From: a virus
Taxonomy: Duplodnaviria; Caudoviricetes
Strand: one strand, 5' to 3'
Virus record (IMG/VR): IMGVR_UViG_3300020045_005836
Location: 1 to 54,677 of that record
Length of the DNA stretch: 54,677 nt
A model generated the notes under the pieces. The model worked only from the letters and a program-made list of their open reading frames with translations. It made no database searches and was not told where the DNA came from. Numbering within the stretch: position 1 is the first letter of the stretch; the number at the start of each line of letters is the position of its first letter. Positions 45,722 to 54,677 of the stretch are shown here, in pieces. A program made the position numbers and the translations under genes.

Positions 45722-46353
45722 CCGCTACTACGAATTGGAAGTATACCAGCGTGCTGTTTAACTACTGAGACTACCTTAGGCTCACCAAAAGACTTCGTAA
45801 AAGCTGCGGCGTATGAGTCTGCCATACCCGGAATGAACTCATCTGCGTCACGTTTCTTATATGCGAGGTATAAGGCCCAGTCCACCAGTTTCATGTGGTG
45901 CTCAGGATCTATTTCAGGCCCAGATGCGAGCATAGGTACTGGGTATCTATGCACAACAAGATCTACAGTTTTAATTTCAGAAGGTGTAGGAACAAGTCGT
46001 ACTGTTTTATTTTGAAGGATATAGTACTCTGGGGTTCCGCTGAGGCTTTTCCAACCAGGCATCTCTTCGTCTAAGGCTTGAAGGGACTTACGTGTAAGTG
46101 GGTACGAGTCGAGACTGACGTGGAGGACCTCGTACACGAGTGAGTTAAGGCTGTAGACTGCAGCCCCAGGGACTAGTGTTAAGCTACAATACGTAACATT
46201 CGCGTCTTCGTAAAGTAAATTAGCACGAATTACAGCTTCGCGCTCAGCTTCTTTTAGGTAGCTTACAAACTCATCGTCTGACCATAAATAGTCAGCTGAC
46301 TCAATATCATCTGTTATACTTCTACATACTGCAACTAAGTCATCTCGTGTCAT
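45712..46353 (-). CDS. head-tail adaptor (tail tubular A-like)
   Basis: YLWSD.E...YL.EA.REA, GTP.YY, L.P.P and H..LVDW..Y.AY.K.DA motifs. Confidence 0.75.
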   Translation of the reverse strand: MTRDDLVAVCRSITDDIESADYLWSDDEFVSYLKEAEREAVIRANLLYEDANVTYCSLTLVPGAAVYSLNSLVYEVLHVSLDSYPLTRKSLQALDEEMPGWKSLSGTPEYYILQNKTVRLVPTPSEIKTVDLVVHRYPVPMLASGPEIDPEHHMKLVDWALYLAYKKRDADEFIPGMADSYAAAFTKSFGEPKVVSVVKQHAGILPIRSSGWI

Positions 46354-46451
46354 AGTACCTCCTAAGTATGTACTTTAAATGCTAGCAGCGTGTACTAGCA
46401 TTTAAAGTACAGCAGTTGCCTGCTGTACTTCACGTGTTTAACTTATTTCAG

Positions 46452-46934
46452 TTACACTGGTTGATCACAGATACCAAGTACAGTGATATCAAGATTACCA
46501 GCAGCGGCGAGTTGTGCTCCTGCGATTGTCGCAATCAGGTATGCGTCTTTCGGAAGAGTTACCGGAGCGACAGCCGTGTTGGTCTGCCGAAGAACTGCAG
46601 CAGTAGCAAGAGTCGTAGCAGCACAAAAATAGTCGTCGTCCTGCGGTACGGCGGTAACGTCAACTCCATCACAGTACGCAAAACCAATTTTCGCGGTAGA
46701 TGAAGCAGTAAAAGCCGTGCTGATCTTGTTAATGTAGTCAAGCAGGGTCATGCCCGCGGGCAGAACACCAAGGCGAAGTACATCTCCAATAGCAACAGCA
46801 GTCGCCTGATCAGAGTCTGCCCACACACCGGAAGCGTTCGTGGCAAAATTGAACTTGAGTGCGGTTAGGTTACCGTAGGGAGGGCCACCAAGCGGCCGAA
46901 CAACTACAGCGTTCTTCTTTGTAACAGTAGCCAT
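46452..46934 (-). CDS. putative capsid decoration/cement protein
   Basis: Follows the MCP gene; GD...LG.LPAG motif; codon usage like the MCP gene. Confidence 0.65.
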   Translation of the reverse strand: MATVTKKNAVVVRPLGGPPYGNLTALKFNFATNASGVWADSDQATAVAIGDVLRLGVLPAGMTLLDYINKISTAFTASSTAKIGFAYCDGVDVTAVPQDDDYFCAATTLATAAVLRQTNTAVAPVTLPKDAYLIATIAGAQLAAAGNLDITVLGICDQPV

Positions 46935-47000
46935 GAAAGATCTCCTTATTGCTGTAGAGCTTAAGGTTACTCAAGCTCTACAGAGGCTAAAGGTTTTATA

Positions 47001-48089
47001 TTAGACAGTGGCCGGCATATAAGAATCATATGCAAATACGCCAAAGTCCTTGCTGTTGAACTGAGACTTCTTGATACCGAAGATAGCGCCAGCGGTAATA
47101 GCGAGTGCATTACCACGGTCGTCAGTCTCTTCATTCCACGAGTAACGCTGAGCTGAACCACCCTGGCCGTACCCAACAAGGCCAGCCTGAGAGCCCATGA
47201 AAAGTGCACGAGCAGCTGCGATATTGTTACCAGATCCGTAGTCACTGAAAGTTACGACGTTGCGGTGCTTGTGAAGAACAACATCCGCGTATTCGCCAAG
47301 CGCACCAGTGTAGATCATTGACTTCTGGCCTTCACCAGCGTCCGTTGCTTTATGCAACGACATCCAGTCATTTGTAGAAGTGCTGGTACGAAGTTGAAAT
47401 GCCTGAATGGTATGCATCAACAGAACGAACTTACGATTACCATTGATCATAAACGGCTGAATCACCGGGTCAGTGAGCTCAGCTTTGGCAACCAGGCGTT
47501 CAATGTCCATAAGGCTGATTGGCATAGCATTCGTGATTGTGCCCTTCGAAGTGGCGGTACTGGCGTACAAAATATGAGCTGAATCAGGAGCTGAAAGGGC
47601 ATTGTTAGCCCGGCCAGTCCAAGTAGTCGGCTGATGATATGAGGTGCCAACACCACGTGCGCCGGCAAGATAGAACATGATCTGCTCATCGAACTCTTCA
47701 GCCCACCAGGTGGACAGAGCATCACGACCTTCTTTCCGGAGATTATATGGAACACGCTGTTCCGACATTTTGCCCTTAGACTTCGTACCTTTACGAAGCT
47801 GGTCGATGAAGAACGCGTCATTGAAGAAGGACAATGCTTCTTCACCGGTCGCATGGCCTTCGATGATTGCGTCACCCTCAACACCAGGTTTGGACAGCTT
47901 CATACGCAAAGCAACGGTGATTTTATCACCGGCAGCCTTTGTAAGCTCATCTTTAAGGACCAGCATGTTATCAAGTCCTGTGCCGATGAACGGAGCGAAA
48001 TACTGCTTTTTAGCGGCTTCAACCGCCAGAGATGTGGACCATCGTTGTACCGCTAACGGGTCATTTAACGGAAATTCAGTACCGGGCAT
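47001..48089 (-). CDS. major capsid protein, N4-gp56/DUF4043 family
   Basis: AV.RWS, DEL.K.AGD.I...L, IDQLR, MSEQR...NLR, RALF.G.QA and WNEE..D.GN motifs. Confidence 0.9.
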   Translation of the reverse strand: MPGTEFPLNDPLAVQRWSTSLAVEAAKKQYFAPFIGTGLDNMLVLKDELTKAAGDKITVALRMKLSKPGVEGDAIIEGHATGEEALSFFNDAFFIDQLRKGTKSKGKMSEQRVPYNLRKEGRDALSTWWAEEFDEQIMFYLAGARGVGTSYHQPTTWTGRANNALSAPDSAHILYASTATSKGTITNAMPISLMDIERLVAKAELTDPVIQPFMINGNRKFVLLMHTIQAFQLRTSTSTNDWMSLHKATDAGEGQKSMIYTGALGEYADVVLHKHRNVVTFSDYGSGNNIAAARALFMGSQAGLVGYGQGGSAQRYSWNEETDDRGNALAITAGAIFGIKKSQFNSKDFGVFAYDSYMPATV

Positions 48090-48100
48090 GGTATGCCTCC

Positions 48101-49279
48101 TTAGTACCCAGCAAGATAAGCTTCTTGTTCAGCTGTGCTAAGCTTGTTAAACTGCTCAGGTGATAAAACGATATCACTTTTCGCAGGAGTTGTCTCGTGC
48201 TACTGAGGTATGCTTGACAACGATCTGAAGTCTGTATTGCCGGATTTTATTTTGTTTAGGATTTCGATTTCAAGTTCAGCGCGGATTTTAGCAGTTAATG
48301 CTGCCTCGTCCACTGGTTTAAAATTTCTAGCTGCCGCAAGCACAGATATAATCTGGGCGGCATGTTCCCCTAGCAACAAGGGCTCTTTCTGGTCAGGCAA
48401 AATTATCTGCGTAGCAGGGTTAGTGAGGTAATACAGCTCCTCAGTAAATCCAAGGCTGGACGCAAAGTCTTGAAACGCAATAGCTTCAGGAGACTCTGGA
48501 TTAAGCAGTCCAGGGACTACTTGCTCCATAGCCCGGCCAGTAGACTCAAATACCTGGGCCACGTAGTCTTGATAAGATTCATCTGCCAGCTTTGCTTCTG
48601 CAGCAGCACGCTCAGACTCAGCCTTTTGTCGTTTGAACTCCGTGAACTCGTTAAACTGTTTAACGTATTCAAGGGCATCGACCGGTGAGTCAGTTGCTAA
48701 TGCTGTGAACTCTTCATCGGTGAGGGCTACAAAGTCATCGAACTTAGATGACTCTGGAGCTTGTACAACAGCAGGCGGTGTATTAACTGTTTGTGACAAC
48801 AAAGTTACTTTTTCAGTAAGCTGAGATATCTGCTCCTTCAAGTACTTGTTCTCACCGCGCACCTCGTGAATTGCAGCAATCGGTACAAATCCCTTCGGCG
48901 GTTTCTCAGGTACTACTGATTCCGCTGGTTCAGGAACTACAGCAGGTTCAAGGGGGACATCTTTTTGTACTGACGGCTCAGGGGGCGCCGGGGTTTCACC
49001 TGGTGTACTGTCTAGTCCCATTAAATCCGCCTCAGAAACATCTACGAGACCTTGCTGAGCAAGAACATCGTTAAAGATATTCGGAGTTGATGCTTCAGTT
49101 ACAGAAGCATCTGTAGGAACTGTCGTCGATACAGACGCTAATACTGCTGCTGTTGCTGAAGCTATTGCGGCTGATGCTACTGCTTCTGGTGCTGCTGCTT
49201 CTGGTGCTGCTGCTTCTGGTGCTGTTGCTGCTGTTGCTGCTGTTGCTGTTGCTTCTGGTGCTACTGATGAAGAACTCAT
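48101..49279 (-). CDS. capsid scaffolding protein with an in-frame TAG at 48200-48202
   Basis: Upstream of the MCP gene; acidic and helical with VPIAA..E.R. The frame continues 32 codons past the TAG to a TAA adjoining the MCP SD. Confidence 0.75.
49165..49262 (-). repeat. 9- and 15-bp tandem repeats (Ala/Thr/Pro/Glu) in the scaffold N-terminus
   Basis: gctgctgcttctggt and gctgctgtt units. Confidence 0.85.
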
Positions 49280-49340
49280 AATAACTCCTTTTAACGTCTC
49301 AGTGGACGAAAAAATGTTTTAACGCCTCACAGGGCGAAAA

Positions 49341-49760
49341 TTAAATGTACGAATACGCTAAGTCCTCATACCTCAGATTCACATTACACCTCCTGCATAC
49401 TAAGCCCCTAATTTCACCTGTATGATGGTTATGCTCTATATCATACGTTCTCATGTATATAGAACTCGTGTCTATTAATCCAAAATCTGTCCCACAAATT
49501 TTACAGCAGCCTTGTTGAGCTAATAGCATATTTTGTAAGTCAGTTTCTGTCAGGTTATAGACCACTTTAACAGATGCCATGCGCCTTTGGTGTTTACGCT
49601 CAGCAATTGAAGTGCATTGCTTTAATTCCGGTTTGTTTTTCTTACGATTTTCACGATTGAACTTATTAACACATTCTTTACAAGGCTGTGAAACGTAGCC
49701 TTTGCTTTTATAAAACGCGGTGTCTTCTTTATTTACTCTACAAAGTTTACACCTTTTCAT
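49341..49760 (-). CDS. endonuclease VII-domain protein (putative free-standing homing endonuclease)
   Basis: CKLC..CKEC, Q.G.C.ICG and EHNH.TG.IRGLVC..CN motifs. Confidence 0.8.
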   Translation of the reverse strand: MKRCKLCRVNKEDTAFYKSKGYVSQPCKECVNKFNRENRKKNKPELKQCTSIAERKHQRRMASVKVVYNLTETDLQNMLLAQQGCCKICGTDFGLIDTSSIYMRTYDIEHNHHTGEIRGLVCRRCNVNLRYEDLAYSYI

Positions 49761-49852
49761 TGTATTCCTCCAATGATATCCAGCATTAAGGCCTGGCAGG
49801 GAGTGGATTAAGCTCCTTTTTAGCCGCTAAGCCTAGCCAGGCTCCGTCGCAC

Positions 49853-50038
49853 TCATAAACCAGCACCAGGTGCGTTGGGAAAAATAGTATCAAAATTCTT
49901 CTTGAAATTCTTGTCTCCTTGATTAGCGTACCAGTGTGGCTGATTCCATCTAAAATCACGCCCGTTAGGTAGCTCTCTATGACTTTTAAAGTGCTTCTCA
50001 GCTTTCTTTTCAAAAGCCGCCTCTTCCTGTTTCGTCAT
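49853..50038 (-). CDS. small hypothetical protein
   Basis: GAGGAG SD; ATGA overlap with the portal gene. Confidence 0.65.
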   Translation of the reverse strand: MTKQEEAAFEKKAEKHFKSHRELPNGRDFRWNQPHWYANQGDKNFKKNFDTIFPNAPGAGL

Positions 50039-52029
50039 GCTACAATCTCCTCTGTTTGAGCTTTAAGTATCGTTTGACCTAACTCATGGCCAGCTTTCCA
50101 GTCCTCACGTTCAGATTCACGAGTTTTTGCCGCAGCTTCCGCGTGCATTTTTTCAACTTTAGCTATAATTTCTGCAATTGCTGCTTCTCGCTCGCGTTGA
50201 CTTAAGTCAGACTCAACAGCTTTAGCTTGTTCAACCTGTGCTTTGAGCTGAGCCGCGCGAGCCTCACGTTCAGCCATAGGCTGAGACTCATCATCATTCT
50301 CTAACCCTGTTGCAGCACGAATCTGTTTAAGAAGTGCGTCTTTACTTGGTAAGTCAGAAATCTCAAAAGCCAAGTTAAGAAGTGGCCCAACAGCTTCAGG
50401 CGGTGCTTTATTAATTGCGCTGAATAGGAGATCCATGTTTTTCTCACGCATGGTATCTGTAATGGGCGCCGAAGCTGTGATGATATCAAACGAAGCTTCT
50501 TGAATATTATTACGAATCTCAATAGTACCTAGCTGTGGATTATACATACGTGAGTTTAACTCAACAAATTTTTCCGCACCAGACATACGGTCAGTGACAC
50601 GTAGTACTTTAGGAGCGGTCCACTCAGACTGTACCATCGACATAGTTAACTCACCCAAGCGCCGTTGCGAGTACTTAACATTCTCTAGCAACGAAGCTGT
50701 AACAGTGGCAGATATGTCTTGTTTCTTATCAAGTGCAACACCGGACTGAAGTCGTGAATCACGGCTCAAGGCTTCATCATTTGCGCCAGCTATTTCTTGA
50801 ATCTCACGTTCAGACTGGTTCATTAAGTCTATTTGCGGCGCGGCCAGAGAAGACATTTCATCTATGCGATACGAGTTAAGCCGTCCCTTTTTAAGAACCA
50901 GCATACCGTCAGGCTTATTAGCTTCTGAGTAAGCTTTATTAAGGTCCTCTACTGCGTCGGCCTCAATAGCTATTCTACGTGAGTTAATAAGCGCGAGAGC
51001 CATAGACCTGCGTTTATTAACCTCCATAGACTGCTCTTTAATTTGCCTCGGGATGCCAAATGGGCAGTTAAAGCGATCTAAGTACCCAACGAAAGGCGCG
51101 AACGGGTACCGGTCGTGAATATAAGGAGTTTCTACGTCCTGTAAAAGCAAGTCACTAAGGAACGTGGCTACTCGCATTTTCTTTACATTTGCATTGACAA
51201 CTTCATCAGCAGCCCGAATTATACCAAACTGGTCCCTCGGGTCTTTGATTGTATCAATATCAATAACCCTGGAGTCATGCATTATAGCGAAGGTACCACG
51301 AGTTATATGAGTATACCACATTTCTACTGGTCGAACACGTTTTCGCTCAATATTTGCCCAGTGAGATGATGATAAAAACCTATGGTACTCTTCGATTGCA
51401 GTGCCTGGGTCAAAGACGTCAGGTACATAGTATGATTCACCGAGTTGCTTGAATTTTTCATCAATCTCTTTCTTCTTCTCTGGAAAGTACATAGTCACGT
51501 CGTCTACATTCTTCCAGCCAGCAGTAAAAAAGTACCTACAGTCTTCTTTATTGAGCCATGGAGATGCATAAGGGTCCCACCAAGCTGAGTACCAAGGAAT
51601 ATGTTTCCATTGTACTACTTCACAGCGTGGATCTGGGTTTTTACCGACCTGAATAAACCCAACACCTGAGGTAATCTCATCCAAGAATGTTGAGTTTACT
51701 ATTTCAGACCCAGTATTTTGATCCCTAACGTACGCAAGGGCTTCACTCATGACCTGCGCGAGCTCATTATCGTCTTTTGTACGGCCTTTAGCTATAATAT
51801 CATTTTGATTCCGTAAAAAACTCCCGTGAATAAGGTTCATGATCGGGAATATACGGTTGATTGTAAGGGGATTTATACCCTTATCTATAAGTCTGTTGTA
51901 TGCTTGCCGGGTCCAATGCTTGCCGTCACGGAACTCCCAGTCTTCCCAAGACTGCGCGCGCCACTCACTATGCGCAGATTGAGCTTCAGAAACCCATTGA
52001 AGAAGCGTTTTTATTCCTATCGGGCCCAT
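50035..52029 (-). CDS. portal protein (P22-like)
   Basis: D..F.DG..W, PLTINRI, WDP, YPF.PF, NKRRS and SGVA motifs; follows terL. Confidence 0.9.
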   Translation of the reverse strand: MGPIGIKTLLQWVSEAQSAHSEWRAQSWEDWEFRDGKHWTRQAYNRLIDKGINPLTINRIFPIMNLIHGSFLRNQNDIIAKGRTKDDNELAQVMSEALAYVRDQNTGSEIVNSTFLDEITSGVGFIQVGKNPDPRCEVVQWKHIPWYSAWWDPYASPWLNKEDCRYFFTAGWKNVDDVTMYFPEKKKEIDEKFKQLGESYYVPDVFDPGTAIEEYHRFLSSSHWANIERKRVRPVEMWYTHITRGTFAIMHDSRVIDIDTIKDPRDQFGIIRAADEVVNANVKKMRVATFLSDLLLQDVETPYIHDRYPFAPFVGYLDRFNCPFGIPRQIKEQSMEVNKRRSMALALINSRRIAIEADAVEDLNKAYSEANKPDGMLVLKKGRLNSYRIDEMSSLAAPQIDLMNQSEREIQEIAGANDEALSRDSRLQSGVALDKKQDISATVTASLLENVKYSQRRLGELTMSMVQSEWTAPKVLRVTDRMSGAEKFVELNSRMYNPQLGTIEIRNNIQEASFDIITASAPITDTMREKNMDLLFSAINKAPPEAVGPLLNLAFEISDLPSKDALLKQIRAATGLENDDESQPMAEREARAAQLKAQVEQAKAVESDLSQREREAAIAEIIAKVEKMHAEAAAKTRESEREDWKAGHELGQTILKAQTEEIVA

Positions 52030-53507
52030 CTATCCTCCTCAGGTCTCTCAAAAAGCGATTTTGGTGTACCAATTTGCCCGCGCATCCACATACACAGGTA
52101 TTGTAAAGCATCATGTGGGTGGCTGAACTTATTTTTATCAGCTTTAGTACTAAACTTTAATGACCCAGCTAACTGTATGCGGCGCAGCTTATACCCACCG
52201 TTAAAGCCTTTCCTTAGGACCTTACAGCTAGTATGTAACCTGAAAGCTGGTTTACCGCCTCGAAGTTGCTGTAAAAAGTGCCGTACAGCTTCCCATCGTA
52301 TAATCGGGTCGTTCGAGTTTGCTGCATCAGTGCTTATACCCAGCGCCTCAAGCTCTTTAAAGACTGTATTCTCGTCAGTGTCTACTCGTTTATCTCCAGC
52401 AGGGTCACCTACAAAGTTCCAGTCACACTTACTGTACTTTCCTCGTAAGGTAGGAAGTAAAACCAACTCTGCGAACTGCTGTATTCCCATGCCATCGCTA
52501 ACAAGTTCTTCAAGTATATGAAGCGCACCTGTTGGAGCCTCTTGGCCAATGATGGCCGAAGGTGTCAACCCAAAGTCAAGACCAACAATAATCGGCCAGT
52601 CTTCGACCAAGATAATAGAGTCGGACACATGAACGGAGTCATTCCATTGCTCTGCATAGATCGCCTTGCCGTCATGTACTGTACCATACTCATTTGCAAG
52701 GTTCACAGCAATCCACTCAGTTGATTTGCCTTCTTGACCATTTGTGTAGTAGCCTTCGGGCAGGTTATGTAAATTCTCAGCTGCTGGGTTTGGTATCCAC
52801 TTACCCGTCCACTCTTCTTGCTCAGGAGTAAGGTCTAGGGTATCTGACAACACAATTCCTTCAGCAGGCCGCATCTCTCGCATCAAGCCACCAGGCTGAG
52901 TATGAAAGACCCAGCCCTCAGGCTTTGTCTCGTACTCCATCTCGTAGAGCCAGTGGTCATCGTCTGGTGAGTTTGTATCTCCAAACATGCCGTGCCACGA
53001 GCACCCGCCGTCCATTGCGCTTGGATAACGACCATGCCTAAAGTCAGCCATATCCACGATCGACTTGTCAAGCTCCTTCAGCTCATTTAGCCAAAAGAAG
53101 GTTGCCTGAATGCCACGTAACTTTTTTATGGCCATCGGTCGGTCTAACGCGATGAATATCAGCTCCGACATCACGATTGACTTGTCAGGGAGCCGGAACT
53201 TTAAAGTATGGCTCGGAGGAGAAATGCCGCCCGCCTTATAATGTCCCAGCTCCCCAAACAACTCCATCCAGTCCTTCACAGTTGTAGTGAGTAGGTCCGG
53301 AAACGTATTTCGTATTGCTATGCCACGTGTTTTTCTATACCCTTGCCGGTTAGGCGTTTGACTACACATTACATCAAACGCCTTCTGGCAGCTAGTCACA
53401 GTCTTGCCGGAACCTAGTGGCCCTCGAATTATGTCAAGCCGAGCTCGAGATGTCAAGTAAGCCTGAAGAGTAGGCTCTAGAGTGGCCTTCCGTAATTCGA
53501 ACTTCAT
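52017..53507 (-). CDS. terL: terminase large subunit
   Basis: GPLGSGKT Walker A, LNE Walker B, GDTN, GLDFGLTP, GDPAG and SHPHDALQY motifs. Confidence 0.93.
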   Translation of the reverse strand: MKFELRKATLEPTLQAYLTSRARLDIIRGPLGSGKTVTSCQKAFDVMCSQTPNRQGYRKTRGIAIRNTFPDLLTTTVKDWMELFGELGHYKAGGISPPSHTLKFRLPDKSIVMSELIFIALDRPMAIKKLRGIQATFFWLNELKELDKSIVDMADFRHGRYPSAMDGGCSWHGMFGDTNSPDDDHWLYEMEYETKPEGWVFHTQPGGLMREMRPAEGIVLSDTLDLTPEQEEWTGKWIPNPAAENLHNLPEGYYTNGQEGKSTEWIAVNLANEYGTVHDGKAIYAEQWNDSVHVSDSIILVEDWPIIVGLDFGLTPSAIIGQEAPTGALHILEELVSDGMGIQQFAELVLLPTLRGKYSKCDWNFVGDPAGDKRVDTDENTVFKELEALGISTDAANSNDPIIRWEAVRHFLQQLRGGKPAFRLHTSCKVLRKGFNGGYKLRRIQLAGSLKFSTKADKNKFSHPHDALQYLCMWMRGQIGTPKSLFERPEEDRWAR

Positions 53508-54037
53508 TTTCTCCCAGACAAGTCACGTATAGTAACAGACGGGATGCCATCCTCACCAGCTTTAATCGAGATACTCGCCAGGTTAGACAGGTTAGAGTTG
53601 CTGGTTAAGTCCTTAATAACCGCTGACAAATACTTAATATCTTGCGGTGTGTAGGTTTGAAGTCCGTCGACAATAGCTTGTGCCGCTTTAATAATGTCAC
53701 ACTCAAGGGCTAAGTACCGATGCGCGAGCATAGTCTCCTTGGCCAGAGAGTACACAGCGAGCCGTTTCCGAGCCATGTCGATGTACTGCTCACTCTCGAG
53801 AGCCATGCGGCTGGCTGCGTCCTGAGGAGCTGTCTCTTCGGCAGCAACGGTCTCATCCCACTCAGGTGTAGATATAGTGGTGAAGCTGAACTCGTCGTCA
53901 GGCCAATACTGCTTCCAGTTATGCTCCGTAGCTTCGCGCTGTAAAAGTTCCACTGGCACACTATTTGCCGCAGCGATCGAGTCGAGAGACGTGTTCAGGA
54001 TTTCATATTGTAGTCGTAAGATTGCGAGATCGATCAT
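53504..54037 (-). CDS. putative terminase small subunit
   Basis: Immediately upstream of and coupled to terL; N-terminal HTH-like segment. Confidence 0.6.
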   Translation of the reverse strand: MIDLAILRLQYEILNTSLDSIAAANSVPVELLQREATEHNWKQYWPDDEFSFTTISTPEWDETVAAEETAPQDAASRMALESEQYIDMARKRLAVYSLAKETMLAHRYLALECDIIKAAQAIVDGLQTYTPQDIKYLSAVIKDLTSNSNLSNLASISIKAGEDGIPSVTIRDLSGRK

Positions 54038-54072
54038 GTAAGCTCCGTATTAGTTCTATTTCATCTTTCAGC

Positions 54073-54105
54073 ATTATACACTATAACAATATAAAAACAA
54101 ACATA
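54073..54105 (-). promoter_or_regulatory. putative promoter of the late operon
   Basis: Minus strand TTTGTT, 17 nt, TATAAT (54078-54073). Confidence 0.5.
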
Positions 54106-54366
54106 TTCTTTTACCATTTCACATTATCTTTAATACCTAACCATCAAATCCACCTCGCTTCGCTCGGTCTTTAATTGCAGTCACTTCGTTCCTGTTAAAC
54201 AATCGTTCGCGTTGCTCACTTAATAACCTGGATTCCGCTTCGCTACATCTTTTTTAATTGCACGCATTCGCGTGTCAATAGGACCAGAAAGAACAGGCCG
54301 GAATTCCACGAGGCCGGGTGTGGGCGATCCAAGGCGGTACGTGGGGCGCTTTCCCTTAACCCTACT

Positions 54367-54526
54367 CAAAAAATATTTCAGCCCTAAACCTCCTTGTACA
54401 CTTTGTGTACGCTTAGCTCCTCTAATACTGGATTCCCAGAACCTCCCATCCAAAAAAAATATTTCAGCCTAAACCTCTTTGTACACTTTGTGTATACTTA
54501 GTTCCTCTAATACTGGAATTCCCAGA
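54367..54526. repeat. two imperfect direct repeats of about 75 bp
   Basis: 54367-54440 and 54451-54526 share AAAAAATATTTCAGCC..TGTACACTTTGTGTA..CTCTAATACTGGA.TTCCCAGA. Confidence 0.9.
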
Positions 54527-54556
54527 TTTTGGTAAATCACCCTCTGGACCTCGGTT

Positions 54557-54677
54557 TCTCAAAAAGCGATTTTGGTGTACCAATTTGCCCGCGCATCCAC
54601 ATACACAGGTATTGTAAAGCATCATGTGGGTGGCTGAACTTATTTTTATCAGCTTTAGTACTAAACTTTAATGACCC
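54557..54677. repeat. exact 121-bp copy of 52046-52166 (terL 3' region) at the contig end
   Basis: Base-by-base identity with 52046-52166. Confidence 0.95.

Noticed and set aside
54220-54472. Two short overlapping ORFs at the right end
   Set aside because: No convincing SD, and they run through non-coding repeats and hairpins.
1-54677. Genome-wide TAG reassignment
   Set aside because: Conserved long genes contain no internal TAG, and several end at TAG where expected (for example 8084, where readthrough would overlap far into the next gene).
54557-54677. Terminal direct repeat of a complete genome
   Set aside because: It matches an internal terL segment, not the left end.

Overview
This window is most of a tailed dsDNA bacteriophage genome with podovirus-type architecture, organised as two convergent arms. 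The + strand arm (about 0.1-22 kb) carries small early genes, an APSE/BPP-1-like replication module (DUF2800 nuclease, DUF2815 SSB, family A polymerase, VRR-NUC, ATP-dependent ligase, SNF2 helicase) and nucleotide-metabolism genes (ThyX, dUTPase-like, DUF5664, MazG-like, nucleotidyltransferase, dCMP deaminase). The - strand arm (about 22.6-54 kb) carries terminase, P22-like portal, scaffold, N4-gp56-type major capsid protein, tail and ejection proteins, tail fibres and lysis genes. Notable observations: an in-frame TAG in the scaffold gene just before its typical C-terminal helix; a separately promoted tail fibre-glycosyltransferase-methyltransferase unit; a 45-unit x-Cys-x repeat protein; an orphan TAXI solute-binding protein; a catalytic-domain-only tyrosine recombinase; a divergent ThyX motif; and several covarying non-coding hairpin elements. 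Both contig ends (about 120 bp each) look chimeric. All calls come from motif recognition by eye, with no database search. An anaerobic Gram-negative host, possibly Desulfobacterota, is an inference only.
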